A DNA stretch of 64,000 nt from Saccostrea cucullata (Eukaryota), in the NCBI RefSeq assembly GCF_032062105.1, contig NW_026929981.1, positions 186,001 to 250,000 of the forward strand, written 5' to 3'. Below the pieces are notes generated by a model, which saw only the letters and a list, made by a program, of their open reading frames with translations, searched no databases and was not told the DNA's origin. The translations under genes and the position numbers were made by a program. Positions 1-15,200 of this stretch are shown piece by piece (the first letter of the stretch is position 1; every line of letters starts with the position of its first letter).

Positions 1-239
1 CATAGTAAATTTGACATATGAAACCTGTAAATGTGCATGGACATAACAAAGTTTTTAACAATTTTCAGATTATGTACGTAAAACAAGTACCGGTAGAAGC
101 GAACTTGGCAAAAATTCTTCTGCTTCCTTTATGCTATACTTGTAGCACAGTTTATTTTATGAGAAGGGTATTTTCATTTTTTTTTTTCAGTCAAATACTA
201 GTATAATTTGTTTTACTTGAATACATCTTGATGGAAAGA

Positions 240-1470
240 TGCGTGGTTCCATTCTCAGGTAGATCCTCCTTCATCGGCTGTTTCAGCGCTGTCCAGAGGT
301 GCGCCGACTGGGGTTATTCGGTCCCAGTCTGGAACCACTTGGCTCTCAACACTGCTGTTCTATTTTACTGTCTTTTCCACTACTGTTTATTGTATTTCTA
401 CTTCTTTGCTCTTCTTCTCCACTACTATATGGGCGCTGATTCTGTCTCCCTGCACTGACTCCCTCTCAATCTCCTTCTCGCTGCTCCCGTTATGACAATG
501 ACTCTCAGTGCCCTCCACACAGACTGTCCCACGAATCCTCTACAACCCATTTCCACTGCAAAAAACGATCTTTCATCCATTCTGCTGACAATCCTTCAGA
601 AAGTCATGGTACTTTAGATTTTTCCTTTCGTACGCATCCTCCAACCTATCTTCCCATGGCACTGTTAATTCCAAAATAATTGTTTGTGTTCTATCCACTG
701 ATTAAATGACTATATCCTGCTCTCGTTTGTATCTATTATTTCAGATGGAAATACTAATCTTTCCTTGAGGTCTGCCCGCATCTGCGCGCCAAACTGTTGA
801 TGTTCCCTGCAGTCCACTTTCTTTAACACTTACTTTATAACCTTTTCACCTTCTTTCAAAAAGTTGAAAAATCGGAGGCCCTCTGCGGTCTTCTCTGGCT
901 TTTTGGTACTTTTCTCCAAGGTGTCAGCTATACTGGCTAGGGTTCTTTCATGTCTCAAAGGGTATCTCCCATCTTTCAAAGCCTCTGAACAAGCTGATAA
1001 TATGTGCTTGAAGTTTGCCGGTTTACCACAGAAGACACACTTTGGATCATCTGTCACCCACCCCCCGCCCATGTTACCAGATTAGTTGGGCCGGGAAGAA
1101 CAATATAAACCGATTTCAGTTTAAACTAAAGTCTGAATGGTCCCATCTTCCAAATATCATTCCATCCCAACTTTACTTGACATGCATTTTCCCAGTTCAA
1201 CCGGCTACCTTGTTTTTTTCATTCCAACTGCTTTTACAGTTCTTGAATCTTTCTCCAATGCATGTACTTCTCTCTGCACCGAACTGCGCTTCTCTTCTCC
1301 TGAAGCTTTTCCCCATCTTGCTGTTGCTGTGACACCAAGCCCTTGCCTTCCTATTGCCAGTTTTTCCATAATGTCACCGTGTCTCAATTGGGATTCTGCT
1401 TCTTCAATAGTTTTCTGTACTGACCACTTTCTCCTCGTGTCCTTATATCTACTTTTGCTGTCCAGGCCTT
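240..1470 (-). mobile_element. Degenerate 3' part of an RLE-type non-LTR retrotransposon (Hero/NeSL-like)
   Basis: Fragmented minus-strand frames give LAIGRQGLG, a CCHC knuckle (CVFCGKPANFKHILSAC...GRYPLRH) and a restriction-like endonuclease segment (IILELTVPWEDRLEDAYERK, ~620-680). Multiple frameshifts. Confidence 0.75.
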
Positions 1471-1814
1471 GAAATTATCCTTTTTTCTGTTGAAAAATAT
1501 GAAGCAAGGATCCACTGTATTTTAAAAATGTTTTTTTAGGACACGATATTTGTATCTTTTAGGGAAGTACTAGTATTTGGACTTCAGTTATAAAAGAGTC
1601 GTCTTACAAATGTCACATGAGTTATGAATTACTAGTATGTGGTTTGGTTGATAAAGTAACTTTCTCTGACACATGAGATTTTTTGGCCTTGGTTAAACCC
1701 CCACCGAACTCACCGAAAAGTTGTTGCCTAAAATATTTTCTGTTATAAGTTATCTTAGTCTTACTTACATATCATTTGATGAAACATATAGATATAACGA
1801 ACAGTATTGAATAT

Positions 1815-2470
1815 CAAAAGTCCATAAAACAATACAAAATAGGAGCAGAGCAAACACGGACCTTCAAAACATCAGCTGTTTGATCAAGTGCCATTGACGA
1901 GTGAGCATCCGCTGCCGACCTGTCACATCCACCGTGTGCTCCTTGTCATGATCGGAAAATAACGGGAAAATCCGTCGATATCAGAACTTTTCTCTTAATA
2001 CTACACAATGGCAAACGCGATGACGTCGACTTTTCTTTTTTTTTTTCAGTACATGTATATACATGTAGTAATATTCCGTTTTCGTTTTCATCTGCGATTT
2101 ACTAGTATGTTAATGTTTTCCAATTCATTTAATACTCAAGAGCTTGCTGTTGGTACGATTAATTTCCTTTTGACTGAGACTGGCTACTGGTGGATAAGTT
2201 GATGCTAAAGAAATTTCAACAATTGCGTATAAAGGCAGTTTTTCGTATTTCATGATCATGGTCGTTAATGGCAAATAGAACTATGTACAATTGGGTTGAA
2301 ATTGAATTGATGTGTTTCATACTAAATACTATACTAGATTTTTGAGTTTCACTAAATTATGGAATGCTCCGTCTACTTGATGTATACTTAAGGTTTGCGG
2401 TGGGTAAAACTGGTCAACAGGGAATTCTTACTCCCTCTAGGCCTCTGACTCCACCTCTGGAATTTCCAGG
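1815..2470. mobile_element. Penelope-like retroelement fragments
   Basis: AAGTCCATAAAACAATACAAAATAGGAGCAGAGCAAACAC end segment shared with the remnants at ~3335 and ~49990; decayed sequence similar to 6400-6640. Confidence 0.45.
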
Positions 2471-3334
2471 TTCCTTATTTCATACAGTCTATCATTGTTA
2501 TCTTCGTCTTTTTATTGACTCTAAATAAAACAGAGTGAAAAAAAATGTAAAAGTGGAATATGTTACGGTGTTTTTAATTTCCTTATATTCGCGATTTAAG
2601 AATTTTAACTTTTAACTTTAAACAATTGTGATTATTATTTCACTTCATTTCTACCTAAAACAGGCATGGCACTTGAATACATGTATTTATAAACGTTTCT
2701 CCGTGAAATTAAAGCCACCGTAAAAGGTGACTTTCTAACAAAATGTGAAATTTTAGACACGTGCAATTAAAGACGTCTACAATAACTTGGATAAAATTAG
2801 TCTGGAAATATATTATGCAACAAAGGACAACATAAAATCAACTTTGTAATAACTTTTAAACAAAATTGACAGAATTAAAATTATGCAGGGGAATGACATG
2901 TACAAATCCTATTTTGAACGATTTATCACAGTAGAATGTATTTAAATGATAGAAATTTTATCACTCTTTAATTACAACTTACTTGACATAAGTCAACTTT
3001 TGATTTTGAATTGACTTTCATGTCAATCAAGGATCTTATTGCTTATTACCACTATGAGGAATTTCAAATATTTCACATTACTTGGATAGTATAGTAGAAA
3101 TATGCCATCATTGTGATACCAACCTGAACGTGCAAAATCTTTTGAAAAGGCAGACGAAGTAATATGAACGCAGGCAAAGGTTACGAAATTTTACAAAAAA
3201 CATCGGTTTACATAAAAGAATGCTCTCAGAATTGCTTTCCTTTACATAACCAAGAAATATCACTATTTAGTGTTAGAAATTTTATGTTTTATTTTTCTTG
3301 ATGACTAAATTTTGTAGTAATATGGTAAAATTAA

Positions 3335-4020
3335 ACAATACAAAATAGGAGCAGAGCAAACATGAACCTCCATAATAGGTGGGAACAGGTGTCATGGAGG
3401 AGAGAAGGTGTCATGGAGGAGAGAGCGTCCCCTGTAGTCCAATAACACCCGCCCGGTGCTCCTTGTCATGAATGGAAAGTAACGGAAAAATCATTCGACA
3501 ATTCAGTGCGTTAATAATGATGAAAAACGTCAGTCATCATTTGACTAAATGATACTTATAAATTGTATTTCCTGACAAAGTCATTGTATCGATCATGGAA
3601 TGATGACTTTAAATGAGACTACTGATATTCTTGTTTCATCAACTTCTTTGACACTAATTTACCTAGTTTTAGAAATTGTACATACATGTAGCATGCTCTT
3701 GCTAAAAAATATAAGTGAGAGAAGGTGACGATTGAAAAGTTAAAGTCATCACGTTTATCATAGAGCTTGGATGTTAGAATACCAGTAAAGTCTTTTTCAA
3801 GTAAAATATTCAAATATGAAACAGATGTGTCAGACTGTGATATCATTCATCTCAAGCTAACTGGGATATATAGTATCAAAATTAGAATTGAAATAACTAT
3901 TGTGAATAAACAATATATCGTCAATATATCTACATATCGAGTTAACGGCCACAGCAAGTGTCTTCTTCTTTTCACGTATAAGATTCTGGACAAATTCTAC
4001 TTCGTATGAATACAAATATA
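3335..4020 (-). mobile_element. Penelope-like retroelement RT remnant
   Basis: ORF 3619-3846 has SYLNILLEKDFTGILTSKLYDKRDDFNFSIV, typical of the PLE RT C-terminal region; decayed YIDD-like motif near 3925. Confidence 0.7.
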
Positions 4021-5659
4021 TCTATGCTAAAAAGCAACACCAACAATTAAAGCATTATTATCAGTGCATGCTCAGTGTTGTTTGTACAGCTGAGTTTACA
4101 AATCGAACACACTCAGTAAATCATAAACATTTAAAATTAAATTTTATTTTGTTATGAATAATGTTTTTGTCATTTGATTTTTTTTTTTTTTTTTTTTTTT
4201 GATGTTAATTAAACTCATTAAACTGAGATATTTAAACTATGTCCGGTCTCTCGAAGGATGAGTACCATATTTGTCCTACTCTACTCCTAAAACGTTCAAT
4301 TAAGTGTGAAAATTTTCGAATAAAAATACCTTGCACAGTATTCAAATATCTATAAATGTGGTTGGTAATTGACAGATACGTGATGATTTATTAATAAACC
4401 GAGAGTTTTTATTAATTGTTTAATTGATTTTTTGGCCAGAATAATTGATTGGGTGGTGGGTCGTTTTGGGACTGACATAAGTGAACCACTTCCTGTGAAA
4501 TGTCACCAAGAACGCACTGAAAAAGAAAGTCCTACGCCCTAGAATAATTCTGTACTACATGTATATTTATAATTTATTTTTCAGCCCAATCCTCAGCAGA
4601 CGTGACTTTTAACCACGTATACATTTCATTTGTCGCCGCATTAGTTGTGGTCGTAACCTTCTAAATTTTTCGTTTACAGGTGAAAATTTTGATTCTTTAA
4701 ATGACTTAATTGATTTTTCATGAATATTGTTCTGCATGTTTATTTGATTGATTTGTGTGGTAAATTGTGGATTGGTTTGTGCAAACCTGATTGGAATGCC
4801 ACTGTGAAAACAAAGATAATATTCACTGATAAACCTCTGGCTGTAAACTTTGACTTAATAAAAGCAAAAAATCTTTTACTCGTAAAGCCCACAGCTCCAA
4901 TTTTTTTGGAAACAGTCAGTTCAGAGGGACACATGCTAATAAATTCGAGTAACCATAAATAAAAAATAATGAACTCTGAAAAATAACACTTCTGACAGTC
5001 TCTGTCATTAAATTTGATTGCTACTTTGATTAATGTGAACCGATCACTTCATGTATATGATTGACATTTGCTTAGCAATATTTTCATTGAGTTAGAATCA
5101 TATAATTAAAATATTTTTTTTCGAGCATTGTCTATTCCAATCATTGTGTCTGAATAATAATGTTAAAAACTGAATCTTAGATGCTCTATATGTAAGCGTT
5201 TGTTTCATTTCACTTCAGCCACTCTAGTTATGGACACAGAGCACTTTTGACGAAGACAAATTTATTGTCCTTTAATAAAAATATTTATTATATCTTAAGA
5301 CTGTGGTGTCATCGAAGACATTCAAACTACTACTAGAATTTAAAAAATATGTAGTCGACTTTTCAAATGCTCTAGATTTCATTTCCATTTCACTAAATTT
5401 AAATGTAATATTTTATAATCATGATACCTTTTGAAGAGCGACATTTTCTATCATAAGTGTTAAAAATAACGCATTTTATAAAGGACTTTTGCACTATTAA
5501 TCTTTTACAGAGGTATAGATTTAGAGACCATTAAAATCACTCTGAATCAAAAACATTTTTGTAGCCTTTGAGGGCCATCATCACAGTCTTCCAGCAAATT
5601 GTTGGAATCCTGATGACAATATCTATATTTATTAATTAGCCGCCCTGGCTTTTCTGATC

Positions 5660-6640
5660 TTGTGAAAAGAATTTATTCAAAATCTTCTACGCGAGAAGAG
5701 ACTATTTGTAGCAGGTTGCCCTCAACTCAACATTCAGGTATATCGACGACGTTTTATCAATTAACAACATATATTTCCATTTATATGGTGGCATTTTTAT
5801 GCCATCCACATAATTTTTTTTTTGTTTAACATAGCATATCATTCAAGTCAAGCTAACTATTTCGTCAAATGATGAAAACTTTCAGGTTTGTCGTCAAATA
5901 CCGACTTTTATCTTGTACAGTCAAGATAAGTATCGTATTTTTGCGATAGCTATTTCGACAAAAACAGATCATATTTATCTTGGATCGCGACTAAAAGTTA
6001 TCTTGTCATGTCAAGATAGCTATTGCAACAAATTGTGATAGCTTATCTTGACTGAACAAGATATAAAGTCGGTGTTTGTCGAAAACCAGAAAGTTATCAT
6101 GACTTGAAGAGATAGTTACTAGTATCTTGACTTGACATGAAATGCTATGTTGACAAAAAATTATGTGGATGGCATAAATATGCCATCACACATTTATGTG
6201 TTGACTCGATTTATTCCATTGCAAACACTATGTACAGAGTCAACCACAATAATTATGCTTCATAGTTGGTTCTGCTGACTAGAGACCACAAAGAGAAGCT
6301 GACGACTTAATTGTATGACAAACGAGATAACTTCGGCTTTCCCATCGTCAACTTTTCTTTTTATTATGTATATGTTACTGTAGTTATATCACCTACTTAT
6401 GGTGTATGTGTATGTGCGTGTCTCCAACCTATTTGCTACGTAAAATTATGCCCTCAGTATGGTCGATTTTTAACCGAGACAGGATATTCACAGATATGTT
6501 GACGTTACAGAAATTTCAACAACCCAGTATATTTTGTAAATTCTATGGTCGTTATAGATGTAATGATCTTATTTGCCAACAGAACCTATCATTTGGTCGT
6601 ATTTTGGCTTGCTCGTTCCATACCAATTGTTAAAACTTTG
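5660..6640 (+). mobile_element. Penelope-like RT remnant interrupted by a MITE
   Basis: TFRYIDDVLSINN at ~5730-5770, then LYDKRDNFGFPIVNF at 6311; split by the insertion at 5784-6190. Confidence 0.7.
5784..6190. mobile_element. Palindromic MITE with 6-bp TSD (CATTTA)
   Basis: Long imperfect inverted arms TATGGTGGCATTTTTATGCCATCCACATAATTTTT...AAAAATTATGTGGATGGCATAAATATGCCATCACA; CATTTA at 5778-5783 and 6191-6196. Confidence 0.75.
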
Positions 6641-9535
6641 TTTTTGTTCTTTTGACAAAGGAATTTTTCGACCATCAGCGACATACCCAGGGGTCGATCT
6701 ACCATTTGTATAAGTGTGCAATATGCTCATTTAGTTTTGACTTTGATTCAATGCCTGGCCTCGTTGACTACTGACATCACTTGCTGACTACTGTTTTTCT
6801 GAAAACTGTTGAAAACCAAGCTGGATCTGACCATTAGATTGTTTTAAATAATTTATTGACTATAAATTTAATGAAGAAAATGTAAACGTCCTTCAAATTT
6901 GGTGTATTTTTTTTTATGATAAGATTTTAAATTTCAGAACGACAGTTCTTCAGTCTTATTAATTACAAAGATACAAGTCTGCGGTTTTGTTCTTTTCATA
7001 ACATGCCTTTTTAGCAAGTTCTAGAAAGGCGGTGGCGGCAAATAAGCCATTTTTTGAAAAATCAAACTCAATTCGTTGACCTACTAACATATTTTTGAAT
7101 AAAGCAGTACAGAAAACAGAAATTTTTTTTCCAAATCATTTTAATTCGTTAATTTAGGGGGAAATGCACATATGCAAAATTTTTTTGGAACCGAATGCAT
7201 GTTTTCTGTCAAAATAATGATTGTTTATTAATAAGGAAATGCATAACAAAACTGAATAAGTTATGAAATATGCAAAGAATTATATAAATTAATAGCTATA
7301 AACCTATCAATTGAAGAGATATTGAAGGGATAAAAATCTGTATTGTATTTTGTCTTTATCCTAGTTTAGCTGTTCGAAATTATCATGAAATATTTTGATT
7401 TGAAATGTATAGCATCAACTTTGATTATCAAGGAAATAAACAAGAAATATATGTGTCTCAAAATATGATTTATATCACCTAGAAGTAATTCAAATTCAGT
7501 CATTGTAATTTATTTGCTAGATTTGCAGTTAATAAGTCATATAGCATCGTTCTCTAAGAATTTAAATCAGACGACTTCGAAAAAAATGAAATTATTTCAT
7601 ATGATCATCAGCTGATTATTTATTAATTAGAAAGTTGTTTCATATGATTATCAGCTGAATATTTTGCTTTTGTGATATTGAAGTGTTGACTAAGCGTTTA
7701 GAATTGCTAAATTATCCATATATTACTTAAATGTCATTATGGTACATTTCGTGTTTATATTTTATTTCTTTTAAACTTTTCGGTAAGTTTTATATATCAA
7801 TTTTTTACGCAAAAAAGATCACATATTTATATTTCTTTATCTTCACTTTTTTTGTTAACATGAACATAAAATTCACCAATTTTCAATCATTTGTATATTG
7901 CAGTTTTATACAGTAGACAGGGTCTGTCAAAAATATTAAACTTAACAATCTGATAAATAAAATCATGTTTTCTCTCACTAATATATATCGTTCGTAGCAT
8001 TAAACCTTTAAGAAACTTAATTTGTAATGATTAGCATATTTAATTCGTGATCTAGAGGTATTACGGCCTATCAAAGGGTCAATTTAGTCTATGCGGACGA
8101 AACATTTCGATTATGTCAGATTTTCACTAGTATTTACATAATCTACAGAAGCCTGAAACACAGCACATATGGAATTAATATTTATGATATTTGCAATATT
8201 CATCATTGTTTTAACCAATTTGAAAGCTCTACGTGTTTGAATTTGCTGATTGAATGAAAACGTCACTTTCTTCATTCCATTTACAAAATAAAATGTGCAT
8301 ATTAAAGACTAGTGCATAAAAATGCATTTCAGATTTAAACTTTAAAATTTCCAGGAAGCGATTCTTTTTGATTATCAAATATATATATACTAGTATATCA
8401 AAGCATGGATAAATTTCATTGACAAATGATCTCCGACAATGCTTTAATCGGAATAAGAAATTTGGAGAGTTAACAATTATTGTGAATGCAGTTTTATTCA
8501 TCAATTATAGGTTTACTTTGAGCAACTCTATTGACGTGATTGATACAGTTGGTCTATTTCTAAAAAAAAATAACATAGAGACAAAATACACTTAAAAACA
8601 TTTTTACTAGGTGTTTAAGAGTGGTTAACACCCCTTGTTTAATTTGTTGCCATTTACAATAAGGAAGAAACCTCAAATTGTGTTGATTTTTTTGTTTGAA
8701 ATTGAAACTTTTCGTTTGTGTCAAATCAAATTAATACATGCGCCAAATGGGACGTAAAACACTGTGATAAAATAACTGCACGACTCAGATTATTTATCTT
8801 ATATATCGCAAATTCAATACCAAACCTAAATTGGTATTTTAGTCTACTTTCTGCACAGGAAGAGCATTGATTTGGTAATTGTAGATTTTTTTTTATTTTT
8901 AAAATACTATTAAACTCCTTATTTTTTGAAAAAAAAAATCAAATCAGATGCGTTAAAATTTTCCTTTTCGAAAACCATCTATATAGAACGACTTTTGAAG
9001 AGTTTTTTTTCCCCAATCTCTCAGGAAAATGTGCTTTTCTATTTAATTGCCTTGAAGTTGAAATAAAGAGAAATATACAGTATAACGTTAGGACTTCAGC
9101 CTTTCTTTAATTTTTTTCTTTTAACTTATTTTGAATCTGTAGCATTTTTAAATCCGCTGGTTAGTCAAATAACCCTTTTCTTGTATCTAATTTTGTCAAG
9201 TACAGTATCGTCTCTATGAGCTGAGGAGAACAAACATTCAGTCTGTATATTTCAAGGATCGTCTCCTCGAGTCTGAAAGGCTTTAAAAACAATCAAAATG
9301 TATGTATAATCTTTGGTATTCTTTTTAATATGTCACAGGAATAACAACAGTCAAACTGTCTGAATTATGAAAATGACAATTTAAAGAATGGAGGTGTACA
9401 AGGCGAGGGCAATCCCCCGCTCTGAAAAAAGACATTTCTCAATTCTAAAAGATATATTTTTTAAAAATTTTATGGTTTATATCATATTTTACATATCAAA
9501 TTCTATTTCATTGTTTTAATAATTTATTAATAATT

Positions 9536-11070
9536 TCACTATATAATCAATACGTCCCACCCTAACACCAGAACCCCTGACCCTGGGGCCATAAAATTAA
9601 TTATTTTGGCATAGGCACTTTTGCTCATCATAACTATGCACTTAGTTAGTTTATTTAATACCCAGGTGAAGAAAAGATGATTTTCAAAGAATTCATGTAT
9701 TTTCACTATATAATCAATAGAGCCCTGCTCTAACACCAGAACCCCTGACCCTGGGGCCATAAAATTCACAATTTTGGTAGAAGCACTCTTGCTCATCATA
9801 ACTATGCACTTAGTTTATTTAATATCCAGGAGCAGAAAAGAAGATTTTCAAAGAATTCATGTATTTTCACTATATAATCAATAGAGCCCCGCCCTAACAC
9901 CAGAACTCCTGACCCTGGGGCCAAACAAATTCACAATTTTGGTAGATGCACTCTTGCTCATCATAACTTTGCACTTAGTTTATTTAATACCCTGGAGCAG
10001 AGAAGAAGACTTCAAAGAATTCATGTATTTTCACTATATAATCAATAGAGCCCCGCCCTAACACCAGAAACCCTGACCCGGGGGCCATAAAATTCACAAT
10101 TTTGGCAGAGGCACTCTTGCTCATCATAACTATGCACTTCGTTAGTTTATTTAATATCCAGGAGCAGAAAAGAAGATTTTCAAAGAATTCATGTATTTTC
10201 ACTATATAATCTATAGAGCCCCGCCCTAACACTAGAACCCCTGACCCTGGGGCCATAAAATTCAAAATTTTGGTAGAGGCACTCTTGCTCATCATAACTA
10301 TGTACTTAGTTGGTTTATTTAATACCCAGGAGCAGAGAAGAAGACTTCAAAGAATTCATGTATTTTCACTATATAATCAATAGAGCCCCGCCCTAACACC
10401 AGAAACCCTGACCCGGGGGCCATAAAATTCACAATTTTGGTAGAGGCACTCTTGCTCATCATAACTATGCACTTCGTTAGTTTATTTAATACCCAGGAGC
10501 AGAGAAGAAGATTTTCAAAGAATTCATGTATTTTCACTATATAATCAATAGAGCCCCGCCCTAACACCAGAACCCCTGACCCTGGGGCCATTTATTCACA
10601 ATTTTGGTAGAGGCACTCTTGCTCATCATAACTATGTGCTTATAGTTGGTTTATTTAATACCCAGGAGCAGAGAAGAAGATTTTCACAGAAATAATGCAT
10701 TTTCACCACCTACTTATTTAGCCCCGCCCTAGCACTAGAACCCCTGATCCCAGGGCCATGAATTTCACAATTTTGGTAGAGGACTCATTGCTGATTACAA
10801 TCATGCAAACAGTTTGACTGCTTGATGTCCAGAAAGTAAAGAAGAAGATTTTTAAAGATTGCATTAATTTTAGTGGTTTTGGCCCCGCCCCTCAGGCCCC
10901 AGGGGGGCAGGGATCATGAAATTCACAACTTTAGTTCCCCTTCACCCATAGATGCTTTAGGCCAAATTTGGTTGAAATTGGTTCAGTGGTTGCAGAGAAA
11001 ACGCTGAAAATGTTCAAATGTTAACGCACAATGCACAACGACGGACGAAAACAGATAGCAATAGGTCACC
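9536..11070. repeat. ~166-bp satellite array (about 8 copies) inside a Helentron/HINE-type element
   Basis: Monomer CTATATAATCAATAGAGCCCCGCCCTAACACCAGAACCCCTGACCCTGGGGCC... recurs about every 166 bp; element ends ...GACGGACG...GCAATAGGTCACCT. Accounts for the repetitive ORFs at 9539-10591. Confidence 0.85.
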
Positions 11071-12221
11071 TAAAAATGACTTTTAAATATATTTAGGACT
11101 AACTTTCCCCTAATCGTGGACTTGAAGCATGTGCTAATGGATAACAATTTTACAATTTCGGAAGAGGGCGAGGTGTTAAATTTGAGGATAATCGTATAAA
11201 GAGATGACACGACACATGTATACCTCTCTGGTTGTTCAATCTAATTTTTTTTCAGAACAGCAAGCTAACAGATTTGCAGCTAGCACTGAACTAGATTTTA
11301 GGAAACATTCCCCTCTACAGATTTTTTTCTAGGAATTATACAGAAAAAAACTTGTCATTCACCAAAATTTTAATCATATATCAAAGGAATAAAATTAATT
11401 TATAACATTCTTAGAAGCATACAAAGAGCAAAGCATGTAGGAACCTTAACCTCAAATGAATAAACAATTCAAGCCAGCTTAGGGAAAAAATACCATAAGA
11501 ATATTCACAGTTGCTTTTGTGCAACATACATGTAATGTACAGTAGATTCCAATTAACAAAACAAATCATTTTACGCAGCAACATAATGTACTAGTACGAC
11601 TAGTATTTAAAAATGTTTAATTCTTGTCATAGTTATTTGACCATCTCATTTATTACGTTCAGTACAAAATCAAAATAATTATACAGAATTGAAAATCATT
11701 AGGTATCTGATTATTAAAAATTTTACATTAATAAATTGACAAAGAGCTTAAATTATTTAATCAATAAATAATTAATAAATTTTTATCACAGGCAAATACA
11801 AGTATTTCTTACATTATATACACAAACAGCAATGCTTAATGACAATTAACTGAAAGCGTGCTGAAATTCGACAAATATATAATTTACATTGGAAATATAT
11901 CAATCTACAAAAAAAATTAATATTCTTATTACCATCGATATATAACGACAATTCAATTTTAATCAACTTTACAAGCTGAATATTCAAGTAACTTGTTATG
12001 TAAATTCTTTTCCCTATGATGCAAAAATCATTTTTTTTTTAAATAAAATCTAGAAAAGAATTTTTTTGCAAAATTTTACAATTAAAGGAACCGTATTTGC
12101 AACCACAAGATGCTTAAAAATCTTAACAATTTTTTCCCGTTAAAAAATGCTGACACAACTGTATATCAAACAAAATTGTTCAAGTATTCTGTTAATGAAC
12201 ATATTTTAAACTGTTTCCACT

Positions 12222-15200
12222 TTAAACAAAAGTATTGTGCTCTCTATTCATATGTCCATAACACTCAGGGCTAGTCTTGAAAAACTCCATGCATATCCAG
12301 CAGATGTGGCTCTTACAATCTCGGCATTCCATGTGCTGACATCCGCCATTTTTTTCAATTCCAGCAAAACAGTTCGGGCACAATTTCCTGTTTTGTGGGT
12401 CTTGTCGCATCCATTCTCGAAGTCCTGTTTCATCATTTCCATTTTCCATCTGGTACATGGCACAAGATATACCACTATGGTATTCAACGTGGCACTTACT
12501 GCACACACTAGTTTTGCAGGCACTGCATACAACTCTCCCTCCAACTTTGCTGACTTTGTATACCATAGGGCAATCTGGAGTTATGCAGTATCGAATTTTG
12601 TCTTTGTTTTCCATGGCAAAATTCGATACAGATGAATTCAAAATGTTTTGAAGACTGCAGAATCCATATCTCGTCATATTCAAAAAATCTTTCCAAGCCC
12701 AGAGCATGTCGCATTGATTATGACAACATTTAACAGGAAAGTCCTTACTTCGAATAGCAGATTCTATATTCATCTTCATGCAATCCCTACAGTATGGATG
12801 GCCACAGGACTCCAGTCTGTAAATTTCACTTTCAGCAATTTCACAGAAACATATTCCACATTCTGGCTGATCAGAAGCTGCAGTAACGCTTTTTTCACGC
12901 AAACAATCCATGATCTCAGAAATGTTTTGGACAGCTTTTTCAACTGCAGCATCTGATCCCAACATTTTAATTCTGTGGTTTCTGTGATCAAGTTCCACTG
13001 TTGACAAATTTGAAGAAACTTTCAAACCGTTAAGATCTACACCATGCATTAGAATAACTGCTTTCATTAATCCTGGTGGTTTAGATTCCCCTTTCAGATC
13101 GATCACCCTCAGTTTGGAAGAGGACAATTTCTCGACATATTTTCTAATCTTTCCTACAGCTATTCTCCGGTCCCCCGCCCGACCATGCACGGATAATGAC
13201 GAATTTCTATGATCCAGCAAAATTAACGTTCCAGTCTTTTTCATAATCTTCTCAACCTTTTCTTGGCCGTCTCGGGTAAACAGATATCGAAGAGCAGGAA
13301 TCTTTTCCATATCAACAGTTTCACCCTCAAGCAATTCCTGTACCTTATTTCTTGTGCGGACCATGCTTTCAATGCTATCTGCATCAATATCTATCACATA
13401 GTTTTCATTTCTCTGAAGAGTAATAGTCAATCTTCTGTCAGTATTCTCATTCTTTAGTTTCTCCTGATACTTTTCAATATCACTCTGTACTCGTTTGTAG
13501 ACCTGGGATAGTACAAATATCCGAGTGTGTATTTCTGGGGTAACAGAAACGGCATGCTCCCCAATGAACATTCTGTTCCGTACCTTAGTACAAGCATCAA
13601 ATCCTTCCTCTGGGTCCTTGAATGTGACAAAAGCTTGATATATGAAGGAACCAGGCTTTGGCTCAATAAGAGTGACATTAAATTTATTCTGCCGAATTCC
13701 TGTGCACTCTCTAAATTGTCTCTCTATTCTTGTTCTCAGACTATACAATATTTGAGGTGTTGTGTTCACCTTTTCCCGTATAATGATGACTTTTCCTATT
13801 TCATTTTCTGAAATGTCAAATGTGTTCAAAAAACTTTCACGCAAGACATCCTCATTAACAAGATCTCCAAGACCCGTAACAAATAGTTCATTTGTTTCTT
13901 CATCCTCATCTCTTCCATTTTTATTTCCTCGTTTCACTCTTACTCGTTTTCCCCCAACCAAGAATTGATTGAATGCACTGTACATTACGATGTGGTCGAT
14001 TTTTTCTTGATCATGAATCTCAACAAATCCAAAACCTCTAGACTTCCGTCGGCACCAAACAAGCTTGGCTCTAAGTAAATCGTCTTCTTCACTTTTCCCA
14101 AAGCCCTTTGGTGGTTTTGCAGTAAATTCAAAATCACATTTTCCTTTTCTAGTAGCAATTACTGCAGTTTTTGCAAATTCAGGTTTTTCAAATATAATCT
14201 GTCCAAGGTAATTCTGATTACTGTTCTTAGAAGATTTGGGTATAAATGATTGAATGGATCCAAAACGTCTAAACCACTCCACCATATCTTCTTCAGAATC
14301 GAAAACTTGTGCCTCGCCGAAAATAAATACATTTTTATACTCATCTTGATATAACAAATCCTGGACTTGTCCACCTGCTCCAATGGATATTCTAACATTG
14401 AAAAACTCTGGAAGTAATGGATGTTCCACTGCTTCATTCCTTATTTTTTCTCTGATTGGATCTATCGCAGTTTTTAAAGTGTGTGATGAAATATCTGAAT
14501 CACCAATTGGCGCATAAATTGAAATTTCTCCCCTCTCACGATCTGCATCTATCACAAATATGGAATCTTCGCACTCCATCTTCAGATTATCTTGCATGGC
14601 TCTCACCTTGCTATATCGAGGTCCAACAAATTCTCTGTGAACTTGGACACCTACATATTCAGTCAAAACTGGTGCAACTTTTCGTCTTTCCACGGCATTA
14701 ATGTCAAAGTCCATGGAGCCCTCGGTTAACGCTTCCTCAACATCTTCATCTGCCACTGCTGTTATATTTAAAGCAAAGTCACGCGAGGTTTGCATTACCT
14801 TCTCAACTATAACCCAGTTAGGACAAGATGCAAGTGACTGAAATGCAGATGAAGGATGCATAATGACCTGCTGATTCTTGTCTATGAAGAAGTAACCAGC
14901 TTTTTCGTGTCCAAGAAAATGGCAAAGATTACTCTGAAATGATCTGAACAGCAGTTTCTGTAATTTTCTTTCCACGTCTTCAGCATCTGTAAATTCAAAT
15001 TTTATGTTGATGGATAAATCTCTCTTCAATATGAATAAAATTTCATTTGCAGCATCTCGAATGACTTCGCATTGCTTTTCCATTAATTGAATTGTCTTTG
15101 CACCATTTACCCTTTTGCTTTTCTGTAACATTGTGCCATTTTTTGTAAACCTCAAGGTTTGTAAAGTGGTCTCCATATCTGTGGCAAAATGGAACTTTAA

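Noticed and set aside
4490-9430. Possible plus-strand exons near 4587-4680 and 9200-9425
   Set aside because: Splice-like signals exist, but I could not build a consistent open frame or recognisable product.
9539-10591. Repetitive ORFs (MMSKSASTKIVNFMAPGSG...) as a protein family, or the array as CRISPR
   Set aside because: They are translations of a 166-bp satellite; there are no unique spacers and no cas genes, and the context is eukaryotic.
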